A program made the translations under genes and the position numbers. The notes below the pieces were generated by a model. That model saw only the letters and a program-made list of their open reading frames with translations. It did no database searches and was not told the DNA's origin. Of a DNA stretch of 64,000 nucleotides, positions 45,601 to 56,057 are shown one piece after another; position 1 is the first letter of the stretch; each line of letters starts with the position of its first letter. The stretch comes from Rhynchopus sp. YZ270_cl-10 (Eukaryota). Location of the stretch: assembly GCA_964035575.1 (NCBI GenBank), contig OZ037836.1, positions 930,001 through 994,000 of the forward strand. The letters run 5' to 3'.

Positions 45601-47389
45601 CTTCCCCTTTGGGGATGAGCGCAATGAGCGCTCTCATCAAAGAAGGCGGCCACTCCCCCGTACACTCAATCGCATCAAACACATCTGCCAGCCTGTCGAG
45701 CAGCACCAGAGGAAGCGCCTTCAGCTCTGCCATGCGCCAACCCTCCACCCCAGCAGAAGTTTGCGTCTTCATCCTCCCCAGAGTTTGCTGCAACTCCTTC
45801 CCCGTCAGCCTGTCCATCTGCATCGCTTGCCCCTTGCCTGCGATGTCTTCTGCAAACTTCTCTCTAAACGCACCCCAGTCGGGCTCTGGCTTTTCCGCAT
45901 ATCGGCGAAGAATCGGCATCCACGCCTCATGCAGGAGGGTGTCCATCTCCTCAGCGTTGGCGGTGAATTTCCCATCCTCGTTCTTCAGGGCAGTCATCTT
46001 CCTGTACTGCTCGTCCTTGCAGTACTTGAAGATCGCCTTGGGAGCATTGTGCCATGCATCCCGTAGGCGCTGCCGCCAGTCCTCCAGTCGCTTCCGCTTC
46101 ACTCGGTCCGCAAGCGTTGACACCTTCACTCGCACGGCTCTGCACAGATCCACCAAAGCCTCCTCGCTAGGCATATCCTGTTGCAGTGAGTCGTCGTCCA
46201 GCAGAACACGCAGTTCCTTCCGCGCCTTGCTCCAACAATTGCACACGTCATGTGGCGGCACACCACCGTTGCTCCTCACGTACCACAGTCGACATTCTTC
46301 CAGCCTGCCCACGTTCTTCGTCAGTCTTCTCTGGCTCACCGTCAGAGCGTCCCCTTCCTTGCTCTGCTTCGCAGTCCGGTGCTTCGGTGTGGGGTCGAAC
46401 GTTCTGCCTCTACCGCAATACGCCTTCGTCGGGCCCTCAATCTCGCCTTCGCACGCCTGCAGCAAGAAGTCCTCTGCCCACTTGTTCCACTGGATCCACC
46501 TATCCTGAGGGTGTTGAAGCGCCCCCCACTGCAGCTCCTTGTTCGCAAACGCCTTTTGTGCCGTCTTCACACCCTGTCCACACTTCTCCAAAGGGAACTG
46601 CTTCGGCAGAGTGTACGCGAGCACGATCTGCCTGTACGCACCTACATCCAGCGCTATCTCTACCGGTCTGTGCTGCGGGAGCCCAGAGTCGTGGACAACC
46701 TTCACAGACGACAGCCCTGTGCACGCAGCTCGGTTCAGCAGAACGTAATCGAGCCTCTTGCGGATCTCCTTGCCCTCCTTCACCGAGAAGTAGGTGTTCT
46801 CCGGGGTCGTCCCAAGCACCCTTGCGTGCTCTTCGGCAGTGTCCTTCCACCATCCTGTGTCTAGCGTAGCAGCCAGCACACCTGATTTCCCGGGACCTGC
46901 GTTGAAGTCCCCACCAATCACCCCAGGAATGTCACCAAGCTCTGCAGCAGCCTCCATCACCTCGCCAAGTATTTTCTCCCTAGCCTCCGGGTCCGCCGAC
47001 GGCGCGTAGACGGAGGTCACGTCGATCCACTCGTTGCCTTTGCCGTACGCCACCTTCGCCTTCACCCATCGCGTTGAGTCCCAGAGGTTCTTTTCCAAGG
47101 TTGAGGAGGGCGGGCTCGTGAGCACAGGTATTCCCTCTTTCACCAGAATCGCAACACCACCAGATTTCGCTTCTTCGGCCGACCTCCATTCCGGCAACTC
47201 CTTACCCCACACCACCTGCCAACCCTGCTCGCGGTACTCGATGGAGAGGCGCTTCTGCGTCGTCACGGTGCACTTTGTCTCTTGTACCAGAACAACTTGA
47301 GCATCCTCCGCAACCTTCAGCAGAGAACTCCCGCCTGTCTGCAGCGCCGTCACATTGCTGCACACTATCTTTAGTGGGGCAAGGCCCAC
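42623..47389 (-). CDS. LINE ORF2: AP endonuclease + reverse transcriptase + CCHC knuckle + Cys/His-rich tail
   Basis: SNV, VQET, SVYAP, GDFNA, RLDY, QHRPV; QRPIT, DYAKCFDRV, GILQGCPLS, YADD; CRYC..H....C. Confidence 0.95.
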   Translation of the reverse strand: MGLAPLKIVCSNVTALQTGGSSLLKVAEDAQVVLVQETKCTVTTQKRLSIEYREQGWQVVWGKELPEWRSAEEAKSGGVAILVKEGIPVLTSPPSSTLEKNLWDSTRWVKAKVAYGKGNEWIDVTSVYAPSADPEAREKILGEVMEAAAELGDIPGVIGGDFNAGPGKSGVLAATLDTGWWKDTAEEHARVLGTTPENTYFSVKEGKEIRKRLDYVLLNRAACTGLSSVKVVHDSGLPQHRPVEIALDVGAYRQIVLAYTLPKQFPLEKCGQGVKTAQKAFANKELQWGALQHPQDRWIQWNKWAEDFLLQACEGEIEGPTKAYCGRGRTFDPTPKHRTAKQSKEGDALTVSQRRLTKNVGRLEECRLWYVRSNGGVPPHDVCNCWSKARKELRVLLDDDSLQQDMPSEEALVDLCRAVRVKVSTLADRVKRKRLEDWRQRLRDAWHNAPKAIFKYCKDEQYRKMTALKNEDGKFTANAEEMDTLLHEAWMPILRRYAEKPEPDWGAFREKFAEDIAGKGQAMQMDRLTGKELQQTLGRMKTQTSAGVEGWRMAELKALPLVLLDRLADVFDAIECTGEWPPSLMRALIALIPKGEDDTPLKQRPITITSCVYRLWAAARLRRLIKWQESWIGEQQHGFRAGHSTAHLYWHLSLKLEKAVLSGDDTDQVWGFTIDYAKCFDRVPHEIVLSLAEEWGAHWRILGPLRAAYTAMERRFKLGDVGVGGAFRTTNGILQGCPLSVVLLNALMAVWGSAVTRRTGAIAMGYADDVYAVANTEAEVHGAARVTKEFINAADMEVKAEKCVGFTSKEGTKTKFGLGDGFFPDKKQFGAVGADILAGKGNFGPIARERAVTAHRVFTRVSSVPLSFTEKALIGARGPMMAALHGCEVTDFSKQTIETLRQGAALAVWGQGRKQRTLNIVWHVLSPVGIDAPAEIVQRRMAAFLRLTEDDGMRREAEDVWRLARDRRAEREARRRDRASDLARLRRENPGVANPRVTEMNKKGVIELLWDDLERYGWRWSSFDFWTTHIGLRVHVRLWDKGKWLHELREGIRAHAYRLTVTKRPSMQGIEGGVDRQATNAVWKDRTTDRYLAGVIRGALSGSQLVGVQLLRNKEVETSLCRYCGEAIEDRRHAWWWCPQWDEIRGEDIGKLRVLLKDAPPCFLDFGLVPTIFLQELSVAEREQTVRRVQLMLVNIALARQKYDVEHGFSQKKKKQAVVGQSLFPWGWNLPEGAVLESYNPLENVLWGSKHMKKSPRWTEDHFWALKAWLAALRWPDGTTPPITQLELMLDFEIFSGLDVPGETVLKRAESFGAMMRTAKTMARGRDVWKGVEKREVHHLQELGAGIMTGYTVRPVLTHAAGVEGYLKELKEKATSRRALSRQKEKTKARWGDDADVAHASTPEERSAKNERWKDVKEEQKQAEEVRRRAALAAVAAEQNRRQEARRLQTPAVRVDVRRKVGAMRVCDIHTKMRCGDCEHNNISITACCATHHCDELILGDCVEAREACEVHNFSMCGQCAGAGNVSMKQCCQKHHNCVAHGRGACGACVQAGRKRKKDGLPMLASPQACCGKRHHDTSQGRLGFAPR

Positions 47390-47397
47390 GGTCGTGA

Positions 47398-50283
47398 TTA
47401 ATACGACCCTCCTTCTCGCCTCTGGTCCGTGTCGCGGGGGCGGCTGTTCTCGTCCGTCGTCGTATCCTTCTTCTCCTCACCGCCATCTGCACGACGATCT
47501 TGAGCGTTCCTGGCCTTGTCCTTGGCCTCGCGAGCTGCCTTCTTCAGCGCCTCGTTCTCCTCCGTGAGCCGCTTGCTCTCCGCTGCCAGCTGCACATTCT
47601 GCTCCTTGCACTGCTGCATCGTCTCCTTCATCTCAGCACAGTCTGCTCTGAGCTGTTCCATGCCAAGAGGCTGCGGCGGCTGCTCGACTGGTGCCGACTG
47701 CTGCGGTTGTCCCATCATCCGCTTCTGTGCCTCCAACATTTCCTTCTGCTGTTCCATGACGCCCTTCATCATCTCCCGCAATTCCTTCATTTCCTTCTTC
47801 ATCAGCTCGATCTCTTCCTGCGCTGCTGATGAAGCTGCGGGAGGTGCCGGAGCCGCCGGTGCCCCTGTTGCAGGGTGGGGCCGAGCTGCAGGTGGTGCGT
47901 ATCCCCTCGCCTTAGCCGCCCACGTGCCAGCGCCGCTCTCTGCTGCTCCTTGCCTCGGTACTGGGAACTGCGCCAGAGGGATACCCCACGGATTCGCACC
48001 CACCTTCTGCACACGACGCCCTTCCTTCACCGCACACACCGTCAACACCAATCCACCCACCTCCAGCACCCCTTCTGTGCTCGGGCACGGCACATCCGAC
48101 GTAACCGTCCACTTGTGCCCTCGCGACAGCACCTTCACCGTCCAGATCGCCTCTCTCGCCAGCCCCTCACACAACAGCTGGACCGACGTGTTCGCCGGAA
48201 TTCCCCCAATCTCGTATCTGTGTCCCTGCACGACGACGTCCTCCTGCACAAGAAGCCTCTTCGCAGCCTCCAAGTCCCCCTTCATGACACGCACCGCGTA
48301 GCCCCCTTCCCCTACGGCGAGTCCGCGCACGCTATCCTCCAGGTTCTCCTCCGCAAGGTCCAGCCGTGCCAGAGCAGACTCCAGCGGTTCCGCCTTCCAC
48401 AACAACCCACAGTCCCCGTACTCCTTTGCCTGGAAGAGGTGCCGCACAAACACCCCTTCCCGTCCGCTTCTCTTCAGCATGGCGCACACCATGTCCTCCG
48501 TCACGTCCACAGACATCTCCATCCATCCTCCTTTCTCCAAGCCGCGTCCACACCGCACCCCCTGCAACCCGTACCACCGACGCATGCGTTGCTCTCCCTT
48601 TGTGCGTCCTTCTCCCGCCCTGATGAGGGTCCGGCCCATCAGCGTAACCAGCTTGCTCGTGAACGCAGTACTCTCCTCCACCGGCTTCACCACCTTGTCC
48701 AGGTCCGACGTCATGGTGCCCAGCCAGACTTCCTCCATACGTGCGCCTCGGTCGGTCCGCACTGCCACCTTCACCTTCCTTGTACGTGTCGCACCTGTGC
48801 ACTTCGCGCGTGAGACAAGCACCACCTGGGGGAGTGTGTGCAGCAATTCCAACCCCTGCACGAGTTCACCCGACCACGCAACTGCCGCCACCTGCGTCAC
48901 CCCTTCCACAATATCAGGTACTGCCTCCCACACCGGAATTTTCCACCCTGGAGAGTCCAAGACTAAGTTCAGCGGGGCCTCCGCATCCGTGCGCACCGAT
49001 GGCGCCTTCTTCCTGCCCGTCACAGCCGTGCCCGGCACGTGCAACTGCGGTTGCCCCACTGCGCACATGATCTCCTCGCCCGCCTGCAGCCCTGCCGACG
49101 TCACTGCACCGTAGTGCACTCCTCCCTCGTACGCCAGAACGATGTCTGACTCCCGGAACGCCAGGTTCGCCTTCTCCGCTGACCCCTCCTTCAATGCCCC
49201 GTCCGTTTGCCCGTCAATCACTGTAGCCCTCAGCACATTCCCCGGCCCGACGTCCATCACCACAACACGGGTCCGCATCGCCCTCGCAATCGCGTGGAGA
49301 CACAGATGGTCCCCCCACGTCCCCAGCTGCGCCATCGCGGCCAGATACCCCTCTGCCCCCGCTTCCCCTTCGATGAATGGGCTGTAAAACGCCGCATCCT
49401 TCCTCATCACCCCCACCGCCAGCTTGCGGAACCCTGCATGCCCGTTCGGGGACGACTCCGCAGACCACGCCACTGATCGGAAGAGACAGTCCCCTTTGCC
49501 CCCGCACTCCTCCCATCTCATACCCCAACGCTCCAATAACCCCTTGATCCCTGGCTGCGTCGTCGGCGCCTGCTTCTCCGCCGTGCATCCCCTTGCGGCG
49601 TAGCTACCACCTGCCACCAGCGTCGCGCTCGACTCCGCTGCCGTCATCCCCTGTCCCGCCCTCGCACTGTGCAACACGGAGACCTGTATCCCCCTCTTCT
49701 TGAGGTTGGATACCATCGATCTCACCTTCTCCAGTCGTGGCCTGAGCAGCTGCGAGTCGCACGGTTGCCCCGCGGATACCTGCTTCCACACCTGCAGATG
49801 CGACACCCACACCCGTGCATGCACCCCTTTCTTGTAGGATCCGTCCGTGACACCTCGCAGCCCCAAGAGGATTCCTTCGTATGCCGCCTCCGCCTTCGTC
49901 ACTCCTGCCAGTCGCTTCGTCAACTCCCAGTGCGTCACCGGCTCGTCCTCCGTTGCTTCACGTGCCAGCGCACACAGCCCCGTCGCGTCCCGCACCTTCT
50001 CGCCAGGCGCGACCCCAACGAAGATGTCGGGGTCTCTCTTCTCGTCGTCGTCAGCTGCACGCTTCATGCCTCCAGCACCCGGGTACAGCAGTTGGTGCCC
50101 AATAGCCCTGTGCGCCAGCTCAGCTGCCGACGTCGTCTCCTCGCTGCACCTGCAGTTCCAGGAATCGCAACACACAGGCGCCGGCGGGTGTGGGGTCCAT
50201 TTGGCCGATCCGTGTGACGGATCGTTGCCCGGGATACTCCGCGTGGAGGCTGGACGTGACTTCGACACCATGTACGAAAACAT
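47398..50283 (-). CDS. LINE ORF1: degenerate RNase H-like domain + OTU cysteine protease + coiled coil
   Basis: TKAEAAYEGILLGL..VWVSHLQVWKQV..VLHSAR; GKGDCLFRSVA..WGDHLCL..GVHYGAV. Confidence 0.85.
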   Translation of the reverse strand: MFSYMVSKSRPASTRSIPGNDPSHGSAKWTPHPPAPVCCDSWNCRCSEETTSAAELAHRAIGHQLLYPGAGGMKRAADDDEKRDPDIFVGVAPGEKVRDATGLCALAREATEDEPVTHWELTKRLAGVTKAEAAYEGILLGLRGVTDGSYKKGVHARVWVSHLQVWKQVSAGQPCDSQLLRPRLEKVRSMVSNLKKRGIQVSVLHSARAGQGMTAAESSATLVAGGSYAARGCTAEKQAPTTQPGIKGLLERWGMRWEECGGKGDCLFRSVAWSAESSPNGHAGFRKLAVGVMRKDAAFYSPFIEGEAGAEGYLAAMAQLGTWGDHLCLHAIARAMRTRVVVMDVGPGNVLRATVIDGQTDGALKEGSAEKANLAFRESDIVLAYEGGVHYGAVTSAGLQAGEEIMCAVGQPQLHVPGTAVTGRKKAPSVRTDAEAPLNLVLDSPGWKIPVWEAVPDIVEGVTQVAAVAWSGELVQGLELLHTLPQVVLVSRAKCTGATRTRKVKVAVRTDRGARMEEVWLGTMTSDLDKVVKPVEESTAFTSKLVTLMGRTLIRAGEGRTKGEQRMRRWYGLQGVRCGRGLEKGGWMEMSVDVTEDMVCAMLKRSGREGVFVRHLFQAKEYGDCGLLWKAEPLESALARLDLAEENLEDSVRGLAVGEGGYAVRVMKGDLEAAKRLLVQEDVVVQGHRYEIGGIPANTSVQLLCEGLAREAIWTVKVLSRGHKWTVTSDVPCPSTEGVLEVGGLVLTVCAVKEGRRVQKVGANPWGIPLAQFPVPRQGAAESGAGTWAAKARGYAPPAARPHPATGAPAAPAPPAASSAAQEEIELMKKEMKELREMMKGVMEQQKEMLEAQKRMMGQPQQSAPVEQPPQPLGMEQLRADCAEMKETMQQCKEQNVQLAAESKRLTEENEALKKAAREAKDKARNAQDRRADGGEEKKDTTTDENSRPRDTDQRREGGSY

Positions 50284-50323
50284 TGTTTATATTCTTTCTT
50301 TTTGTGTACGTTGTGTGTATCCC

Positions 50324-51083
50324 CCAGTGCGGTTAATGCGGTGCAGGAGGAGAGAAAGTTGTTGTCAACCCGTGCCACATTGTTCCACCCAGACAAGTCG
50401 AGAGTTTGTAATTCACTGCAGTTAGAGAGAAACGAGTGCTCAATGTGCGCCACATTGCTCCACCCAGACAAGTCAAGCGTTCGCAAGGCGGTGCAGTCGG
50501 AGAGAAAGCAGGACTTAATATGTGTCACATTGCTCCACGTAGAAATATCCAGTGTGGTTAATGAGGTGCAGTAGGAGAGAAAGTTGTTGTCAACCCGCGT
50601 CACATTGTTCCACCCAGATACATCAGCTGTGTGCAATGAGCGGCAGAGTTTGAGAAAGGAGCAACCTACTGCAGTCACACCTGGCACACCACTGAGATCA
50701 AGTTCTGAGAACGTGGCACCTTGCAATAAGTAACGGGGGATCTCAGTAACAACCTCTGCCTGCAGAAACAAATGAACCAGCTTGGGATCTGCAAGACTTC
50801 TTAACCTCTCTGACGTCAGCCTTGTCTCACCCAAGTCACGAAGAGCTGCAATGGCGTCGTCCTTCTGCGATTTCGTCTTCGTCAGCACAACTGTGTCCCC
50901 AGCACTCAGCTGCGTCGTGTCGTCTCCTTCGGCCAGCAGCTTCCCTCCAAAGCTCATGTCAAAGCCGTCTTCGCGCAACTCTGCTGCAGACGCCACCTTC
51001 CGCCGTATGTCCGCAGTTGTATCATCCACACCCACCTCGACTGTGTACTTCTCTCCGTCAAAGCTCTTCACACATATTTCCAT
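50324..51083 (-). pseudogene. 5' half of the LINE-interrupted family-B LRR gene
   Basis: Ubl + LRRs; joining the halves minus one TSD gives 1545 nt, the same length as 33200-34744. Confidence 0.88.
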
Positions 51084-52353
51084 GGTTTTGTGTCTCTCTG
51101 TTTTGCTTCAGGTGTTTTCAATTGGGGGTAAGAGTACGCAAGAGACAACAAACAGTTAGGGAGAGGTCTTTTGCTAATAAAATGATCATCCAGATGTGGT
51201 GAAACGCCATAAACTCCACAACCCCTACAAAGATACTCCGCAAGCCATGCATAGTGGGGCAAGACAAAGCAACCAAAAGAGCAAGAGGACAACTTGCAAG
51301 TGTGCAGAAGAGTGTTTGGAAGCTAAGGGTACAAAGGCACTGCGTGAATTGCACCCACGTAGGGGCGAACAACCTTCGTGACCACACAAGACCCACAGTG
51401 AGAGGTCGTGAAACAAGTTACAAAGGGGAGAGAGGTCTTTTGTTTTGTTTTGTTTTATTTTGTTTTTTGAAAGCTTCGTTGTATTAGTGTGGACACCCGA
51501 GGAGTGTGCTCCACTGTGTTCTCCTTTTCAACGTGGCCACCATCGTTTTCGTTGGCTTCACATCAGTTTTGCATTTTCATGACTTTTCAGTTTCTCTATC
51601 TTCTCCGATATGACGCGCAAACACGCCGTTTTCAATTTGATTCGCAGACCGATACTGACTCACGAAGTTGCTGTGTCAAAAAACACCTTCCTACAAACAC
51701 CGGTGGGGTAAAAACTAAGGTGCATTTTGGGACTTCAAAATGCTAAGCAGGGTTTTTATCTCACCCATATTTTTACACCTGGACATGACAATTTTGGTGA
51801 CAACATGGGGACAGATAATCACGCACCCCACAAATCTCATTAGACGTTTGTTTATACAGCACAACAATTTCTGTTCCCGTCAGTGTCCCAACAGGAGGAA
51901 AAATAAATAACGGGAAGAGAACCAGTACGCACAGATCGCTGCTCTCTACGAAGATGCAGCGCATCCTCCTTTCCAATGTCTCACCTCGTTCCCCATACTT
52001 TCCACGTTGACCAAAAATATCATGACCAAGGGTAAAAACATAGGTGGTAAAAACTAAGGTGGATCCTGGGGTAACAACTACTTTGCCTGAAGTACAGAAA
52101 TGAGGTGAGTGCACAATAAAGGAGGAGGGTGGTAAATTTGTTTCAATAACTTTCAAATCAAAGAAGAAAAAGCTCAAGGACGTCAATAGATGCATTCAAA
52201 CGTTAGTGTTTTTGTTGCACAAATGTGAAACGAAAAGAGAAACAATCACAACGCACACACTCTGCTGATTCTAACAACGGGGGTAGAAAAATCGTGCATG
52301 GAAAACATGTGGGATGTCCTAAGATATGTCACAAGTGTCATGTCCCGGGTGCC

Positions 52354-53211
52354 TCACATGCACACACATTTGCACTTGGTATCGTCCATGAGGCTACCGC
52401 CATGGTCATGCACATGTTCTGAAACAACACTGCTCGATCCGGTGACGTTGATGCTGCTTGTGGGTATGTTGCATCCATACAGGAAGCCTATCCCAATCTC
52501 CTCGGTATTCGTCAACCCAGATAAGTCAAGTGTTTTCAATGCGCTGCAGTAGAAGAGAAAGCAGTCTCCCAATTGCCTCACATTGTTCCACCCAGAAATA
52601 TCCAATGCGGTCAATGAGGTGCACTTGAAGAGAAAGTTGTTGTCAACCCGCGTCACATTGCTCCACCCAGACAAGTCAAGGCTTCGCAATGCGGTGCAGG
52701 AGGAGAGAAAGCAGGACTTAATGTGCGTCACATTGCTCCACCCAGATAAATCAGCTGTGTGCAGTGCGTTGCAGTGTTTGAGAAAGGAGCAACCTACTGC
52801 AGTCACACCTGGCACACCACTGAGATCAAGTTCTGAGAACGTGGCACCTTGCAAGAAGTAAGGGGGGATCTCAGTAACAACCTCTGCCTGCAGAAACAAA
52901 TGAACCAGCTTGGGATCTGCAAGACTTCTGAACCTCTCTGACGTCAGCCTTGTCTCACCCAAGTCACGAAGAGCTGCAATGGCGTCGTCCTTCTGCGACT
53001 TCGTCTTCGTCAGCACAACTGTGTCCCCAGCACTCAGCTGCGTAGTGTCGTCTCCTTCGGCCAGCAGCTTCCCTCCAAAGCTCATGTCAAAGCCGTCTTC
53101 GCGCAACTCTGCTGCAGTCGCCACCTTCCGCCGTATGTCCGCAGTTGTATCATCCACACCCACCTCGACTGTGTACTTCTCTCCGTCAAAGCTCTTCACA
53201 CATATTTCCAT
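52354..53211 (-). CDS. Ubl + LRR + CaaX protein, family B (285 aa)
   Basis: Intact short paralog. Confidence 0.9.
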   Translation of the reverse strand: MEICVKSFDGEKYTVEVGVDDTTADIRRKVATAAELREDGFDMSFGGKLLAEGDDTTQLSAGDTVVLTKTKSQKDDAIAALRDLGETRLTSERFRSLADPKLVHLFLQAEVVTEIPPYFLQGATFSELDLSGVPGVTAVGCSFLKHCNALHTADLSGWSNVTHIKSCFLSSCTALRSLDLSGWSNVTRVDNNFLFKCTSLTALDISGWNNVRQLGDCFLFYCSALKTLDLSGLTNTEEIGIGFLYGCNIPTSSINVTGSSSVVSEHVHDHGGSLMDDTKCKCVCM

Positions 53212-54307
53212 GGTTTTTTGTCTCTCTGTTTTGTGCAGGTGTTTTCAATTGGGGGTAAGAGTACGCAAGAGACAACAAACAGTTAGGGAGAGGTCTTTTG
53301 CTAATAAAATGATCATCCAGATGTGGTGAAACGCAATAAACTCCACAACCCCTACAAAGATACTCCGCAAGCCATGCATAGTGGGGCAAGACAAAGCAAC
53401 CAAAAGAGGAAGAGGACAACTTGCAAGTGTGCAGAAGAGTGTTTGGAAGCTAAGGGTACAAAGGCACTGCGTGAATTGCACCCACGTAGGGGCGAACAAC
53501 CTTCGTGACCACACAAGACCCACAGTGAGAGGTCTTGAAACAAGTTACAAAGGGGAGAGAGGTCTTTTGTTTTGTTTTGTTTTGTTTTTGAAAAGCTTCG
53601 TTGTATTAGTGTGGACACCCGAGGAGTGTGCTCCACTGTGTTCTCCTTTTCAACGTGGCCACCATCGTTTTCGTTGGCTTCACATCAGTTTTGCATTTTC
53701 ATGACTTTTCAGTTTCTCTATCTTCTGCGATATGACGCGCAAACACGCCGTTTTCAATTTGATTCGCAGACCGATACTGACTCACGAAGTAGCTGTGTCA
53801 AAAACACCTTCCTCTGCGAGGCGGGATACCACAGCGACAACGTCTATCACTCATGCGCCTGTGAGTCGCTCAATGGCGTCATGGCTTTTATCATGACCAC
53901 AGGGGTCCAACCCTGCACATTGCTCTCACAACACAAAATACAAATATGCACACAAATGAAGAGATGAAAGATACCTTACAATAAGACAACAAACACCGGT
54001 GGGGTAAAAACTAAGGTGCGTTTTGGGACTTCAAAATGCTAAGCAGGGTTTTTATCTCACCCATATTTTTACACCTGGGACATGAGAATTTTGGTGACAA
54101 CATGGGGACAGATAATCACGCATCCCACAAATCTCATTAGACGTTTGTTTATACAGCACAACAATTTCTGTTCCCGTCAGTGTCCCAACAGGAGGAAAAA
54201 TAAATAATGGGAAGAGAGCCAGCACGCACAGATCGCTGCTCTCTACGAAGATGCAGCGCATCCTCCTTTCCAATGTCTCACCTCATGTACCATACTTTCC
54301 ACGCTGA

Positions 54308-54992
54308 TGGTGTGGCTGAAACCAGCAAATTTCACTGCTAAAGAACTGCTAACAAACTGCTAAATAATACCCTTTTTTTAGGGGTGGTGTATAAAAACAT
54401 TTTTTTACCTTGGTTTTTCCACTCCCCCTGTTGGCGCGCCTCCACTCTTGCATACCCATGTGTGACCCCACCGTTGAACGCAATCGACTCGCTGAGTCAA
54501 AAGAACGCACAGAACGGGGCTGGAAAAAATCACGAAAAACGCGTACCGTGCGCCTGCCGCGCCCACAAAGTGAGTTTCCCCCTGAGTATGCTGTGTATAC
54601 TGTGTATACTGTGTATACTGTGTATACTGTGTATACTGTGTATACTGTGTATACTGTGTATACTGTGTATACTGTGTATACTGTGTATACTGTGTATACT
54701 GTGTATACTGTGTATACTGTGTATACTGTGTATACTGTGTATACTGTGTTTTCTGCGGAAATTGACCAAAAACGAGAACTTGTCCATTTCGGCGAATTGA
54801 CCCCACCACTGGCCGGACGGATTCCGGAAATGCAAATGCCGGCGTTAAAAAGCTCACCAACGAAAAAAAAATTTTTTTTTCCAACACCCGTGGGGAAAAA
54901 ATTTTTTATACACCACCCCCCCAAAAATGCATGCTAACAAAGTGCTAACAAACTGCTAAATAATACCCTTTTTTTTGGGTTCAGCCACACCA
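54308..54992. mobile_element. Non-autonomous TIR element with a nested element
   Basis: TIR TGGTGTGGCTGAA; 5-bp TSD GCTGA; empty site near 52005; inner inverted repeat GGGGTGGTGTATAAAA at ~54381 and ~54904. Confidence 0.8.
54592..54748. repeat. (TATACTGTG)n microsatellite
   Basis: Perfect array. Confidence 0.97.
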
Positions 54993-55268
54993 GCTGACCA
55001 AAAATATCATGACCAAGGGTAAAAACATAGGTGGTAAAAACTAAGGTGGATCTTGGGGTAACAACTACTTTGCCTGAAGTACAGAAATAAGGTGAGTGCA
55101 CAATAAAGGAGGAGGGTGGTAAATTTGTTTCAATAACTTTCAAATCAAAGAAGAGAAAGCTCAAGGACGTCAATAGATGCATTCAAACGTTAGTGTTTTT
55201 GTTGCACAAATGTGAAACGAAAAGAGAACAATCACAACGCACACACTCTGTTGATTCTAACAACGGGG

Positions 55269-56057
55269 CAGTGTTTTTTCTGAGGGGGTTGGAGGGGGGC
55301 ACTTTACACCCCTGGGATTTTTTTGGGGAAATACCGCCCCCCTCGAGGGGGGCGGTATTTTGGATTTTATTTTTTGGATTACTGTGGGTTTAAAGATCAC
55401 CACAGGTGGTCTTTAACAACATTTTCAAACACCATGTCGCTCACTCCGACCACTGCGCCGTCCGTCTACGCCCAGGACAGGCGTTTTTGGTAGCAGTCAG
55501 CAAGTACTGCTGGCTAGAAGCCAACGCAGACGGGTACTATTGTACCCTCTGCCGCCGACACTACAACACTGGAGAGTGGGTATCAAGCCCAATGGACAAC
55601 GTGCAGTGGCTGGACGAGAAAGCAGAGCGACACCACGTCAGCGTCGCCCACAGGAGAGCAACGATCTGAGCACGTTGCTCTCCTGTGGGCGATGCTGACG
55701 TGGTGTCGCTCTGCTTTCTCGTCCAGCCTCTGCACGTGGTCCATTGGGCTTGATACCCACTCTCCAGTTTGCGGGTTTGCAATGCATGGGGCTGATGTCC
55801 CCCACCCCACTTCATCAAATCAAAAGCGCTGCCTCTACCCCCATTTTTGCTAAACGCCTGTCTTTCTTCCCTAAACAACCTTCACATACCCTCACAGAGG
55901 CTACACACACACCATGATATTCTGATGAGACCGAGTCCTCGTCGAGAAAGCTCGGAATACACCCAAAAATCCCTGAAAACCCACTTTTCTGGGGAGAAAT
56001 CTTTTTTTTTTACCGCCCCCCTCGAAATGAAAAACCCAAATCCTAGAAAAAACACTG
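55269..56057. mobile_element. Non-autonomous hAT-like element with a transposase zinc-finger fragment and an internal palindrome
   Basis: TIR CAGTGTTTTTTCT; 5-bp TSD CGGGG; empty site caacgggggtag in paralogs; encodes WLE....YCTLC....GEW.......W......H..S..H (TTF/BED-like). Confidence 0.82.

Larger units (their letters stand above)
42543..50323 (-). mobile_element. Full-length non-LTR retrotransposon (APE-type LINE)
   Basis: 17-bp TSD CCAGTGCGGTTAATGCG at 42526-42542 and 50324-50340; two intact ORFs; no poly(A) tail. Confidence 0.95.

Noticed and set aside
50064..50323. LRR-LINE fusion ORF (339 aa)
   Set aside because: Read-through from the interrupted gene into the LINE 5' end; no sign of function.
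42610..50425. Long plus-strand ORFs over the LINE (and similar ones over LRR genes)
   Set aside because: Antisense shadows of GC-rich or repetitive coding sequence.
54349..54937. Low-complexity ORFs (also at 17835-18178 and 32089-32514)
   Set aside because: Produced by stop-free microsatellites.
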